64,000 bases of DNA from Laetmonice hystrix (GCA_965235115.1 OZ249436.1:19158001-19222000); one strand, 5' to 3'; positions 1-13,840 are shown, numbered from the stretch's first letter. Translations and numbers: made by a program. The notes: a model not told the origin generated them from the sequence alone.

Positions 1-85
1 AGATCACATGGATCACACGATTGTCAGAACTGAAAAAGCACATTTCGCTAGACCGATATACTACACGGATAGTACGCCAATTGTA

Positions 86-684
86 GGCGTAGCAGAGGCT
101 AGAGTCTGCGTGGAACCTACTATAGCAGAGGCTAGAGTCTGCGTGGAACCTACTATAGCAGAGGCTAGAGTCTGCGTGGAGCCTACTATAGCAGAGGCTA
201 GAGTCTGCGTGGAACCTACTATAGCAGAGGCTAGAGTCTGAGTGGAACCTACTATAGCAGAGGCTAGAGTCTGCGTGGAGCCTACTATAGCAGAGGCTAG
301 TGTCTGCGTGGAGCCTACTATAGGAGAGGCTAGAGTCTGAGTGGAGCCTACTATAGGAGAGGCTAGAATCTGAGTGGAGCCTATACTATAGGAGAGGCTA
401 GAGTCTGAGTGGAGCCTACTATGGGAGAGGCTAGAGTCTGCGTGGAACCTACTATAGCAGAGGCTAGAGTCTGCGTAGAACCTACTATAGCAGAGGCTAG
501 AGTCTGCGTGGAGCCTACTATAGCAGAGGCTAGAGTCTGCGTGGAACCTACTATAGCAGAGGCCAGAGTCTGAGTGGAACCTACTATAGGAGAGGCTAGA
601 GTCTGCGTGGAGCCTACTATAGCAGAGGCTAGAGTCTGCGTAGAGCCTACTATAGCAGAGGCTAGAGTCTGCGTGGAGCCTACT
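86..684. repeat. 33-bp minisatellite, ~18 copies
   Basis: Unit AGCAGAGGCTAGAGTCTGCGTGGAACCTACTAT recurs every 33 bp (91, 124, ...). TGA variants break the + frame. Confidence 0.97.
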
Positions 685-1907
685 TTGAAACCTTATGTAA
701 ATAAGAAAGAATTGCAATCTCGAGTTGCGATTTAATCGGTTTACGGATGCGGAATGACTGAGATGTGAAGGATGCGAGTTGTTCCGAACAGCAACAGCCC
801 AATGTTCCCTCAGGCGGAAACTGATTGCGCCATCTAGCGGCACTGTTTATAAATCGGTCTGAAATCGATTACCGACGTTACCTGAAACGTCGGAATAGAT
901 TGGGAGAGAACGCGGCTCCATTAGTGTTAATACGGGGATAAAGTGAACAGTTGGGTGAGGAGAACCTTGTCTACAGCCGGGTACACACGCTGCCTCTCTC
1001 TCGTTGGGCCCCACAATAGTTCCTAACTTCTCCGATAGAGGGCTTCTGCCTCTCTCTCCGAAAGCATGGTCCGAGGTGGCATCGGGACCCTCAGAAAAAT
1101 AGATACGCTACATAATGTCGGGGAAAACACCAGAAACTTTGATAAGGAAAACGATAAATTATGGAAAACGATAATGTTGAAGCGGAATATAAAGAATTAT
1201 AAAGTAGGACGGGAATTCGCTCAATATAATGAAAGCTCATCTCTATACTGAGGGGTTGTCTATGTCGGGGGTATACACCCTAGCCTATAACACTACAAAC
1301 ATGATTTCCTCATAGAGAGGGAGGGACTACTAACTATAGCTAGAACTAGCCACCCTCCTGAATAAACGGCCGGCGATATTTATATGCTAATAACCCCGTC
1401 GATCATGACGAGGAGCAGGGCAAGGAGATGGTATCTCTGGAGTTGACCTAATTACAAACCGACACCACCCCATTAAAGACAGTCGGCACGGTGTGTATGG
1501 TAGACCCATCTCACATACAGGGAACATTGATAGGAAAAATATCATCCAGCTCTCCTCCCCCTTCGTACACCTCTTTTTGTCTTTATTCATTTACGTCTCT
1601 TTCATACTTTTCTTTTTTTTTCTTTTTTTCTTTGGTAATAATGCGCGTTTCTTGGATGGCTTAGCGTCGTCACTTAAGTCAGCCGAAGTTAAGCCTCGTT
1701 TGTAGAGCTGATGGTGTTAAATCGATGGCCTCTCATCCATCAAACCCTTTATTAGACAGCTTCTTGTTTAGTCGCCATTAGCTGTTCCATATACTGCCAA
1801 TTACCTATGCAGGAGATCACAGACATCTACATATGAACAGTAATCCGCATTTTTCTTCGTAATGAATCACACATGGGAATTTCCGTATCAAAGCAGAGGT
1901 TCCTTGA

Positions 1908-3058
1908 TTTATTAACAACCAACACGACACGCAGGAGTGTGATGGTAATACGACAGACCTGACTGTGGAGACGGTCCCTCGGTGTTAACTTTATTAACAA
2001 CTCACACGACACGCTCCTGTGTAATGGTAATACGACAGACCTCACTGTGGAGACGGTCCCTCGGTGTTAACTTTATTAACAACTCACACGACACGCTCCT
2101 GTGTGATGGTAATACGACAGACCTCACTGTGGAGACGGTCCCTCGGTGTGAACTTTATTAACAACTCACACGACACGCTCCTGTGTGATGGTAATACGAC
2201 AGACCTCACTGTGGAGACGGTCCCTCAGTGTTAACTTTATTAACAACTCACACGACACGCTCCCGTGTGATGGTAATACGACAGACCTCACTGTGGAGAC
2301 GGTCCCTCGGAGTGAACTTTATTAACAACTCACACGACACGCTCCTGTGTGATGGTAATACGACAGACCTCACTGTGGAGACGGTCCCTCGGTGTTAACT
2401 TTATTAACAACTCACACGACACGCTCCTGTGTGATGGTAATACGACAGACCTCACTGTGGAGACGGTCCCTCGGTGTTAACTTTATTAACAACTCACACG
2501 ACACGCTCCTGTGTGATGGTAATACGACAGACCTCACTGTGGAGACGGTCCCTCGGTGTTAACTTTATTAACAACTCACACGACACGCTCCCGTGTGATG
2601 GTAATACGACAGACCTCACTGTGGAGACGGTCCCTCGGTGTTAACTTTATTAACAACTCACACGACACGCTCCCGTGTGATGGTAATACGACAGACCTCA
2701 CTGTGGAGACGGTCCCTCCGTGTTAACTTTATTAACAACTCACACGACACGATCCTGTGTGATGGTAAAACAACAGACCTCACTGTGGAGACGGTCCCTC
2801 GGTGTTAACTTTATTAACAACTCACACGACACGATCCTGTGTGATGGTAATACGACAGACCTCACTGTGGAGACGGTCCCTCCGTGTTAACTTTATTAAC
2901 AACTCACACTACACGCTTCTGTGTGATGGTAATACGACAGACCTCACTGTGGAGACGGTCCCTCGGTGTTAACTTTATTAACAACTCACACGACACGATC
3001 CTGTGTGATGGTAATACGACAGACCTCACTGTGGAGACGGTCCCTCGGTGTGAACTTT
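1908..3058. repeat. 82-bp minisatellite, ~14 copies
   Basis: GGTGTTAAC at 1981 and 2063 gives an 82-bp period. The first unit is diverged and merges with unique flank. Confidence 0.97.
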
Positions 3059-3677
3059 GACCCCCGTCACCGGGATGGGTGCTCATCTGGACCGGGTTCC
3101 ATTCACACCTGAGGGATTCAACCCCCCCCCCCCCCCACACACACACACCCCACCCGACCACGGCCAGGCGATCTCAGACCTTACTGATCTCATTTAGAAA
3201 CACCAGATAAGGTGAGAATGCTCGTTGACAGATTCCATTCCACACTGACATCCTCCCCTGACCAGCACGTTTTCAAAATCTCCCGGCGTTATTTTTCAAA
3301 GAGATTTTGAATGAGAATTTTACCATACGGAAGATAACGAAACGGATAAGGAAATCATTCCGACAGTCACTGGGCCGAGCACACGAGACGAGTTATCCGT
3401 CTCTGTCTTTCCGTAAAACGGTTACCATGGAAACATGGTCCTAAAAATAATGACAGATTGTTACCCCCCCCCCCCCCCGCCCCTGATGAGTACGTCTCTA
3501 TTCAATGGTTGTGATAATGGAACAATTATCATGCTGGTATATATATAGACCTATATGTATAGCTATCATGAGATGAAAACATTCATGTAATTTCGTCTCT
3601 GACAACTGAATCATAAGTCATTGATTCCACGAGCTAGTAGGAGAGACCGAATGTAACCTGTTACCATACGTTGGTCA

Positions 3678-3915
3678 CATAACGTCGGTTACATATTATA
3701 ACGTCGGTGACATATTATAACGTCGGTGACATATTATAACGTCGGTGACATGTATAACGTCGGTGACATGTATAACGTCGGTGACATGTATAACGTCGGT
3801 GACATGTATAACGTCGGTTATATGTATAACGCCCGTTACATTTATAACAGCGGTTTACATTTATAGCGTCGGTTACCTTTATAACGTCGGTTACATGTAT
3901 TTATAACGTCCGTTA
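3678..3915. repeat. 18-19-bp degenerate tandem repeat (AACGTCGGTGACATGTAT)
   Basis: Direct inspection; units decay towards the right end. Confidence 0.9.
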
Positions 3916-3936
3916 TATGCATGGTCAAAACTTTAC

Positions 3937-4025
3937 ATACTGATACTTATACTGACATGTTTGAAACTGATACTGACATGTTTGATACTGATACTGACAT
4001 GTTTGATACTGATACTGACATGTTT
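3937..4025. repeat. ~24-bp tandem repeat (TACTGACATGTTTGATACTGA core)
   Basis: About 3-4 copies seen directly. Confidence 0.8.
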
Positions 4026-4970
4026 GTTTTCATTTTTTTTCTCTATGTTTAGCGTTCCGATACAAACGTGCCCCCCCCCCCCCCCATCAGCCCGAAAAGT
4101 ACCAAACCAATTAAAGTAGCTCTAAAAGTTAAGCAACTAATCTGCGCACCTAATTAACAAACCAATACAACCAATCTAACCAACCAAACATTGGGTGGCC
4201 TGACCGCACGGTAATCTGGCTTCATCCTGCCCACTCCCCACCTAACACCGAGTAATTCCTTCCATACGGGCCCGGAGTGTGGGGTGGGGGTGTGGGAGTA
4301 ATGAGTGGCCTGGCCAGCGCCACCTAGCGCCACTCGGCCCACTTTCGCAGACCGCAATAACAGTCGGCACACAGAGCCGGTCGGGACGGCACCTGTCGCA
4401 GCGCCCCCTACACAGCAGCCCGGCGCCACCTGGCGGTGATCGATGGAACCAGACGGAGTCGTCCACCTATAATCCGAAAGTTCCACATTTGCACAATCTG
4501 TCAGACCACAAAGGACGGTGCTAATCTCCCCATAATATCCACCAGCAACACATCGATCAGGGCCTCAATATTAGTCGACGGCGCATGCGCGTTGTACGGA
4601 CAAGCATGTTGGTTATTTAGCGTGGCTATTTGCACAAAGGTCAGGTGTGATGGACAGACAAAGGTCACCGACTCAGGCCCGGTGGGTAGGGACACTCCAG
4701 TGGCCTCGTCAAGACCAGACGGCCGGCGGGAACTGGTTAAAGTGTGGTCTAAATGGAAATGCCACTTGATTGTCGTGATAGAACTTTACGCTAATTGCAT
4801 CACCCCGACGCCTTCAAAAGGAGACAAAATAATGTTGGCGTGACGAGGCGATCAGTAGCTCAATCTCCTACACCCTCGCACTAAAAAAGAAAATAGTAAG
4901 AAAACAATAAAACAAACCGCCAAGAAACAATAAAGAAATCAATGAGAAATAAGAGAATAATCATGAACTT

Positions 4971-5187
4971 NNNNNNNNNNNNNNNNNNNNNNNNNNNNNN
5001 NNNNNNNNNNNNNNNNNNNNNNNNNNNNNNNNNNNNNNNNNNNNNNNNNNNNNNNNNNNNNNNNNNNNNNNNNNNNNNNNNNNNNNNNNNNNNNNNNNNN
5101 NNNNNNNNNNNNNNNNNNNNNNNNNNNNNNNNNNNNNNNNNNNNNNNNNNNNNNNNNNNNNNNNNNNNNNNNNNNNNNNNNNNNNNN
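4971..5187. other. assembly gap (N run)
   Basis: N characters. Confidence 1.
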
Positions 5188-6959
5188 CCCCCCCCCTGTT
5201 TTCTCCCCCTGTGAACAGTCTGAGTTATGCGTGTATTGGAATGTAGGAACATGCCCCAACAAATGTCCCACACAATACGATGTCATTTACCGTAATCCCT
5301 TGTTCACATCAAACGCAGCACACTCAATCGGTGTATGTGAAAGGAGAACGGCGCCCTCTTTCCGTGCACTCACGACTACATTATTCCCTTTCATCCTCAG
5401 CTGTCTTTTCATGACCTCTTTCCCCTGCTGCTGTCACAGAATTTTGCCAGGGGGAATATTTCAAAACTACCCATACAAACGACTGCTACAAATATACAGC
5501 TTACAGGATCGCGCAGTCGTAATCCATATGGTCACGTTTCAGACGAGCTCTCGTGAGTGGTCACGTGACTGGCCGGTCGAGATCTCGGAGACGTCGAGAT
5601 TTATCAAACATCAATGGAACGATAGGAGATCAGGAGATGAGAACGCTCTCAGACGATTTTACTGCTATAGTTTCGTATTATAATAAAGGGAAAGAAAAAT
5701 AGCTAGAAAGTGCGGACGATGGATGGCCATTTCATAGGTGACATTTCCATTGAAAATACATTGTTCCCGGACAACAAGGCTGCTCGCTCAGTTTTTACCC
5801 CTGTAAGCCCGGTATGAGAGCCAGGTCGATGTACAACGGTACCTGTACAACAGCGTAGAGGGTGCTAGGCGCGGTTGTCCTTGCCTAACAACTAAAGGGG
5901 GTGGGAGTTTAATTGTTGCTCTTGACTTACAAGGTCTTTCTTTGAAAAACACAAACTAATCTGGAACACTCTACTCGACGGATGTCCTTGAAATTATTGA
6001 ATGTGGAGAGCACGATGGATATGAAATGACCTGGCAGGCGACATAACTGGTTACATTTCTGAGCACACCAAATTTGACACGTTCAAAACGCACGAAAGCG
6101 TCGTATATTTCGGGAGACACACTTTACTTCCGTTATGCAGATATTTTCTAGAATTAATTGTGATGTAGACTGAGTAGACGCGAGGGTACTATACTTGAAC
6201 CTAGGGTCTCGGCCCCCCCCCCCCCTCCCATTCGCTGCTGTTTGAAATTAGCGACGACTTGGCTAGATATGAGCGATTCGCGACTGGTGGTTCTCATCGC
6301 TCTTTCCTCAGTGAAACGCGTCGGTTTGTAGGCGTAACAAACTTGAGCTTTGTAAGCCGCAGTGCTGGCAGCATGACGTTTGATCGGCCCGAATTGATAA
6401 ATATCAACCGGGAGATGATTCGGCATGATTTCTAACAGTTCTGGTAGTCTGAGGATACTGTACCACGTCTGCACCCGGCTGCAGGTATAAGGTCATCATA
6501 CAGAGGGCTGTATGTGTAACATAGACATCGTACATGACATCAATATTAGCGCCTACATCCCTAATACGGTTACTTTAATTACCATCTTATATCGATTTCC
6601 TCAAACAGAAAATCGGTAGTGTTTGATAGTGACTGGCCTCTCACTACAAACCCCACAGACGTAAATCTATTGATCCATAGAGATCACGTTCTCATTTGTT
6701 TCAGCTTCAATTGAAGTGATGCTTTTAGAAGTAGTGACAGAGGAGATTTGGTCCTGAGATCAAGCCACATGGCTCCGATGTCTAACTTAGATAGAGTTTT
6801 TATTAGACGCGCCATGTCAGTATACGGGTTCGTCGTTCACCTAAACCTGCGTGCTGCGTTGGGTGAGATGCCACTAGTGATTCCCTGTCCACTCATATCA
6901 CCGCGGGAACTGTATCAAAACGACATTATCTCTCCTCGCCATCAGACGCCAGCGTCTCA

Positions 6960-7463
6960 TCACAATCTATTGTCATCCTGCCAGGGTCCGCGTCTCACAC
7001 CTGGGCGTCCGTCAGCACGTCCGTCCGCTCCGTGTGCTCGTTTCCTGGCGTATGGCAAACCGCTCGACTGGAGGCTGGAGGGCGGGGGGGGGGGGGGCAG
7101 GGGGGGGCGGTAGGAAACAAAGCCCCAAAGTGGATCGTCACATAATGTGGCCCTCCGCCTTCTCTTACTACGGTACGTCCGTACATCCTTCCATACGTAC
7201 GGCGCCGCCCCCCGGCCTCGACCCCCCGCATACATCCTCTCGGCCTTCGCCCCGGCAGACCCCGCCCCCGCCCTGGCCTCGACGTGCAGCGGGCAGGGCG
7301 CCGCCGAGCAGGTGGGCGGCGGGTAGGGCGCCGCCGAGCAGGTGGGCGGCGGGCAGGGCGCCGCCGAGCACGTTGTAAAGAAGGTGATCTCTTTGATCTC
7401 GTGGATCCACCCGAACACGGCCTGAAATAGCGCCGCCAAGAACAGTGCCGACACTGGGGGCAT
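6960..7463 (-). CDS. coding exon/ORF: hydrophobic helix + 3x Cys-Pro repeat + basic tail (probable last coding exon)
   Basis: 167-aa ORF MPPVSALFLAALFQAVFGWIHEIKEITFFTTCSAAPCPPP... with strong G/C bias at third codon positions in this frame. Candidate acceptor CCCCCAG|TG at 7453. Confidence 0.6.
   Translation of the reverse strand: MPPVSALFLAALFQAVFGWIHEIKEITFFTTCSAAPCPPPTCSAAPYPPPTCSAAPCPLHVEARAGAGSAGAKAERMYAGGRGRGAAPYVWKDVRTYRSKRRRRATLCDDPLWGFVSYRPPLPPPPPPSSLQSSGLPYARKRAHGADGRADGRPGVRRGPWQDDNRL
7291..7370 (-). repeat. 30-bp in-frame coding repeat (CSAAPCPPPT) x~2.7
   Basis: Period of 30 bp inside the 6960-7463 ORF. Confidence 0.9.
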
Positions 7464-10400
7464 GTGGTTATCAGCAGGGTCATAAACTTTCGACTGTCCT
7501 TGTCATACCTGGATTCTCTGTTAGAAACAGTACATGACCATCTGCCTGATGCTTTACCTGTTATACGAACGGCTATAGTTATGTTGATTTATGGTCGCGA
7601 CGATTACTGTTAACCTGATTAAATTAGAACTGGTACGATGTATGCCTGTCTGACCGCTTGTACTCCTCTCAGCCCGCATCTAAAGGGTGACCCAGCAAAA
7701 TTCAGGATGGGGGTCTTTCAACCCCCCCCCCCCACCCCCTAGTTTCGAGCCTGGGAGTATACACCTTGATAATGCTTAAACATTAATTTTGTTGAAATCT
7801 TCTAGTTATTATCTCACATAGTCCTTACAAGTTAAAGTGTGTCCAATTGACCACCTTGTCAAGTAAACCCAGGTAGGACGTTATTACAACTAAGTCTAGA
7901 ACAGCAAGTTTTGAGACCCACTTTTAATTTTGTTTTATGCCCACCCGATATAGCTATCCATGCATTATTCCTCTTGTCTAGGGTATACTTTCTCACCAAC
8001 AGTATAACATTAGACAGATTGGCCGGTCGATTCAATGACACGGGTTGGTGCATCTGACTGTTAACCACCCTGTACGTGTACCTGTGGGCTCTGTCAGGTG
8101 ACCGAACTCAATAAAAAAAGTCAACGATCCTGGTAAATTTTTCACGACCTCGAGTTCAATCCTCAATACGGCATATTTACCACCGCGGATAACGTTACGC
8201 CGTCGCTATACGCACGCGTTAAGGTTCGGTGTCTGTTGGTAATGACGTAAGCTGACGACGTGCTGCGAACGCGCACGTTAAATCATATCTGAAGACGTCA
8301 CGTCACGTCACATCACGTCACGATAGCTCCAGTCCGGAAACCGATTTGAGAAAGAATAATAGCATGCGACCAAACTCATGCAGTGTACTAATGATATAGA
8401 ATCAATGCCGAGAAAACCGTTTCAGATTCAAAACTACTTTAGTTATCACATGGTTGATGTATAGATCTAGACTCTACGTAGGCCTATACTGTCTGTGATA
8501 ATATGGCTGTTCAGTATGTTCTGTATTACTTGGACATTACCTCCAGACATGCAACATTTCACGTCTCGATAGCTCATGAACCCACTAATTGGGATATCAT
8601 TCAGAAATATGATTTCATCCTGTGCAACATTACGATCGAGAGAAAGATGCATAATAGTAAAGATCCATAAAAAGATCTACACAGACAGTTTGAGGTGTTC
8701 GTCTGCTACACGAGACGAAGCAATAGAAGTTGGATGATCTATTCATGTTCCCCATTAAACCGTTCCACATTGATCCCAACGGCTCGCCATTGGAATCTTA
8801 TCCATCTTCTCATTTACTTTTTCAAAGATCTTCAAGAAGTATGAGCGAGAATGAGGTAATACGACACGTTCTGAGAGTCAAAAACCCGACGACCAATTAA
8901 AGCTAATTATTGCGAGGTAAAGCATACTTGTATGATACGATGATTAGTTCGTGGACCCGCCACATGGCCCCTGGCTGCTCCATAATATCTGTCGTGTCAC
9001 TTTAATATCTTGGCCGTTCATTCACCGTACACGGGAGCACAACCATAAACAAATAACAGCAACCTTAAACAACAATGCACAACAGTAGGGAACAGCTCCG
9101 AACAATAAACACACATCGCGAGCTAAAAAAAACATAAAGAGACTCGCCTGAGCGGACAGATATTTTCAGCACATTTTGTCAAGACGCTGTATGAAAAGCT
9201 TTTGCCTCCTGTGAAATACGAGTAATCTCGTTTCCTTGCGTAGCATATACCCCATTCTCATATAGATACTTCCTCACGTTCCGTGCTCCTTGCACTACAG
9301 TATACTGTTTCTCTGTCCAACTTCTCATTTTACTGCAACCATTGGCTTTAGTCTGCCCCTGTCCTTATAATGTCAGCCAAGGAGAAGATTTTACCCTCAA
9401 TATAGACTCTATCCGTAGTTAGAGCTATGCTCGTGATGCTGCCGTAATGCGCCTTTTGATTTCTTCATATTGTGCGCTTACACTCCAGAATAAACATGTC
9501 TTATTCTGTGATACTCTCTGGAGGAAATGCAGCAATATATTCAGTGACCTCTCTTCCAGGACTTCCTGGCTTTCTATAACGTCACACGTTTGTGTCGTCA
9601 GCTACGCATGCGCCGCAGTGCCATTCCCTCTCAGGGACTCGGGAGTAAGCGAGGCTCATCAGCCTCGTTATAAATGCAACGTGCCCTTCCCAGAATCCTT
9701 TGAAATACAGCAGCAGAGCAAGGGGCCATCATGCTAATCTACTCGGCACGGCGGAGCCGCTCCGAGCCCGTCTTTAGAGTTCTTTATCTGAACGTTAAAT
9801 GAATAATTACATACGCATGGGTCGGCATATCTGCACTGTTCCGCCACTAGGCCTAAACTTGATAAACCGTTAATTTTCAAATGTGATTGGCCTGTCGGTT
9901 ATGCCGCATGTTTATCTATATAGAAGGCGAATTCAGCTATTTTGCATTATCTCAACGTATGCGGGCCGTCGATAGGCAATAAAACTGGGTGAAACCGGAC
10001 ACTGGTTGGCAATCGCCAATGGAACGGGCGATAATAGACAATAAATTACATGGATGAAAACATCGGTTGTCATGGTTAATTTAGATAGACAGAGATAAGA
10101 TCAATCCAGCATGGTATTAATGACATCCAATTAGAAAATAAACTAAAAAGGGGAAGGGGATACAAAGTTTCATTTCTACTATCAATAGGCGTGTAATTAT
10201 CTGCGGCAGAGTGGCGTTTTCTGGCAGCGTTCGGCAGTACTCGTAGTGTTGCCGTCGGCCGCCATTGTTTCAGCGCCGGACCGTCAGTCTCGTACACACG
10301 ACTGTCGTGATGGATGTTCTAGTTATGACCACGTCCTGGGGCATTCTTTATGTAACGTAAGATAAATCCTCAACAACCGACAGTCTACAAAGTATATATC

Positions 10401-10817
10401 CTTGGAAATGGCCCAGGATGAATTCAGAAGGGAGTACTTTGATATGACAGATGGTAGCGTAGATCAGAAACCCGTCGAGCCGTGTGACATGCGTAGAGTC
10501 GCTCACCTTATAAATACACTCATTACTCAAGGTCAATTATTATTGTTGTATAATAATAATAATCATATACTATGACGTCACAAGCTTTGGCAATCTGAGC
10601 ACCACATCGATTTTTCCTGTCTAAATCTCGTCTCTTCCAACCTAACGTGATCCTACACGGGGGTGGGTGGGTACGGTACCAGCCGGTCCATGCTGCTGGT
10701 ACCCCTGTTAAGGTAATTATTTGTCCTACTCGCGTTGGAATCCTTCTCCAACTATCTTGAAGGTATACCTGCCCCCAACTATCTAACAATTGCTACCAAT
10801 GACCTAAAGCATACAAG

Positions 10818-11108
10818 AGGGGCGGATCCAGAGCTGTTTCTTGACTGGTTTTCAATATGGTTGTGCTGGGGGAGGGGGGGGGGGGGGGGCTCGGGGCACT
10901 GAGCATCTTCCCCCAGATTAAAGGAAACATTGTAGTGCCTTATTGCTTTTTGTGTAAGAAATTTACCGAAATCAGACTGAAAATATAGCCTTGAAAATGT
11001 ACATTTGATTAATTAATTGTGTAAAGACATTCTTGTTTGGGAGGGGGGGGGAGCAAAACCTTTGACTGGTTTCCGGAAAACGGTCGAAACCCTCCTGGAT
11101 CCGCCGCT
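10818..11108. mobile_element. hAT-like non-autonomous element (MITE)
   Basis: 14-bp TIRs AGGGGCGGATCCAG / CTGGATCCGCCGCT (1 mismatch). Flanks GCATACAA(G) and GCATACGA resemble an 8-bp TSD. Superfamily is inferred from TSD length. Confidence 0.6.
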
Positions 11109-13793
11109 GCATACGAAACGATACATATAGACATCTATAGATATGGGGGGAATTACTTTGCCGCCTCGGAGGGCCACGTTTCTTTCTGTGTGTTAGTGTT
11201 GGTGGATGGGCAATGGTCAGCTCAACTCAACTTTCAGTATGGACTAAACCCTGCTTTTGAGAAATTGTGGGGAGGCCCCCTGTGCCCCCTTAAATCCGCC
11301 ACTGCATGCCCCTCTTTATCTCCCCGTTAGGACCATGCAGACCTCTCAGAACAAGAATAACATCTTTGGGGATTTTAAAAATTCCAGTTTGGGAAGAATA
11401 TATTTCTATGTTAGGGGTAGGTGGAAGGGGTCTATCTCCAGTATACACGGGTATCAAGTTGTAACCATTCATGTTAACTTTCAGAACGTTCCGAAGCATG
11501 TTTCCTACCTATACGGTGTATACTCGTATACATAGTGACTCGATTTGTCTTGCACTCAGAGTACAGTAGGGAAGAGTTGCCATGCGTGAGCTCTCTCTAT
11601 GGCAATATTGTTAGAAATAACACCGGTCGTGCCCATTGCCCTGTTTTAGGGTGCGTGTTATAGAGGGTAGATAAGGGTTAGGGGTAATCACACCCAGGAC
11701 GCCCAGGCGGAGGGTGTGGCGTTTCAAACTCGCTGATCGTGACCCTTCCTGTGCCATACCCCCGATCTTTATTAGCCGCCACAATCCAATTCCTGACTCT
11801 CATCGAGGCAAATTACGACACCGGCAACGCCACATGCAAAGTCTACATACATCTTTTATTTTCTGCTCATCTGAGGGGGAAACGTTTCTTGCTGACCGTC
11901 CTGTCGGGTCACACCTGTGTGGTAAATAAATCTAACTGGATTTCTCTCGCCGACTTGGGGTCCTCTACAAAAAAAACCCTCAATGACGATTTATTAATAT
12001 GATAATGGCTCTAAGAGATAGAGAGATAGAGACAGACAGAGAGATAGAGACAGATATACAGAGATGGCGAGACACAGAAACAGACGGAGAGTGAACTATA
12101 TCCCAATAGCAATAACCCATTTGCTGCTCCAGGAAGGGAGGGGGGGGGGGGGTACCGTTGTCCGTAGTAAGTCAGCAATAGAATTTTTTTTAGCGGTTCA
12201 CCAACAAACAACAATATCGCGAGTAACAGCCTGACCTTTGACCTCTATCGGTCAATACAAACCGTGGCGCCCCCTCCCGGCAGTTTCGACTTGTGATCTT
12301 GTCCCATCGTGTCGCTATGGTAACTGTTCAACGTTAACAGTCAACTGAGCATGCAATCCGACAGCACGTTTGTTTTTACTACGTCTCTTTCTTGATACAA
12401 TCGAAAAAAGTGGCTTCTTATAACTGGGCGTCATCATTGGGAATTCAATGTACTGGCGAACATATCAAGTGGCTCACTCCCGTCCACACACAATATTGAG
12501 TTTTTAATCATTTATACATATTTTTAAATATTCAGTTGTACTATAGACACATTCGAAATGAATGTAATGGTAAGGAGCGGGACCGTGGCCAAGCCGTAAA
12601 ATTAGAAGAGGCAGGGATTGCCACATAATGACAATTATATCGCAAGATGACTTTGCCTTGGGGCTTTTTTCTGGCCCAGCCTCCAAAAATTCCAAGGGGC
12701 CTGGACGAGACTCAATCTCAAAGTGTTTCTATGGTCATCGACATTTCTGAGAGGCACTCCAAAAATAAAATAGAGAATCTAGAATCTCGCTACTGTGGTT
12801 AGAGAAACCGGAAGTGACGTAATAACTACCTTTCGGCATGAAAAGGGCAAAAATTATATTATATTATTTTTTCTGTAGCACAGTTTACTCACTGACTCCC
12901 ATTTTGAACCCCCTCTGACAGCTTTGTCCCGTTGACTCCACCCTTCTCCTAAATCCGTGGACCATCCCTTGTAATTGGACAGTTTATTGAAGTCTGACCC
13001 GTTTAAGAGTTTTCCCGTTGATGAGGCCATGGAGGAGACCTGACCATTCCGTCAGTCAAACGTTATGTTGTTGTGTGTGTGTCTGCCGGCAGAGGGCGGC
13101 CCAGTAGCCGTCCCATATTTGGCCTTGGGTTATTTCTTCGGCGGCTCTCACGCCACTGGGCCATCAAATTATTCCAATCCACCGGCTTTCATCAAGGCTT
13201 TCTTTCAACCACCCAGACACATCTGCGACTTTGTGAAATCGAATTACCAATAGGAATTGCTCAAGTTGCGTTCTATCGCCTTTAATGAAGAATAGATGCG
13301 ACTTTATTCGCCGTTGACAGAGTCCAATGGTATGGCGATCCACGGCGCTGGTTGCACGGGTCCACGTCTGACGAAAGCACTTGTCAAACTTTCCGCTGTC
13401 AACGTTCTTACAGATTGTAGGGCTGCATCTCTTTATTGGTCTTTCAGGGATATTAGATTGTTGATTTGCATGTGGCATCAGACAACAATGGGATATTTAT
13501 GATTTGCTTATGATAATGCAATTTTGATCCCATTAAACCGCGTGTCAGCGTCGACTGAATGAACGCCCCGCCAGGACGCTGACGGGGGCCTGCTGACGTC
13601 ACTACTGCCGAAATGGTTTAGTCCTCGGCCGAAAGGTGGCGCGCAAGTTATTTCACGCTGTGTGATTTATTCACAAATACGCACTCCATTACGGAACCAC
13701 AGCAGGCAAATACCCACATCGTCCATTGACCTAGATTATTACAACTGGTCTACTAGGGAAATGCCTATAAAATCAATCTCCAACAGAGCTTAC

Positions 13794-13840
13794 CGCATAA
13801 CACGATAATACACGAGTCGGTCCTCTGAGCAATGGTACCC
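13794..13840 (-). CDS. candidate 47-nt internal exon
   Basis: Strong acceptor TTTTATTCCAACCTTCAG and donor GCG|GTAAGC. Open in all three frames (e.g. GYHCSEDRLVYYRVMR), so the frame is unresolved. Confidence 0.4.

Noticed and set aside
4855-4880. Strong - strand acceptor at 4880 as an extra terminal exon
   Set aside because: It lies in a low-complexity T-rich tract next to an assembly gap and gives only 4-9 codons in any frame, and the upstream donor at ~7168 is weak. Unresolved rather than supported.
13065-13502. Cluster of overlapping ORFs suggesting a transposase or retroelement remnant
   Set aside because: No recognisable RT, integrase or DDE motif in any frame by eye; needs a translated search.
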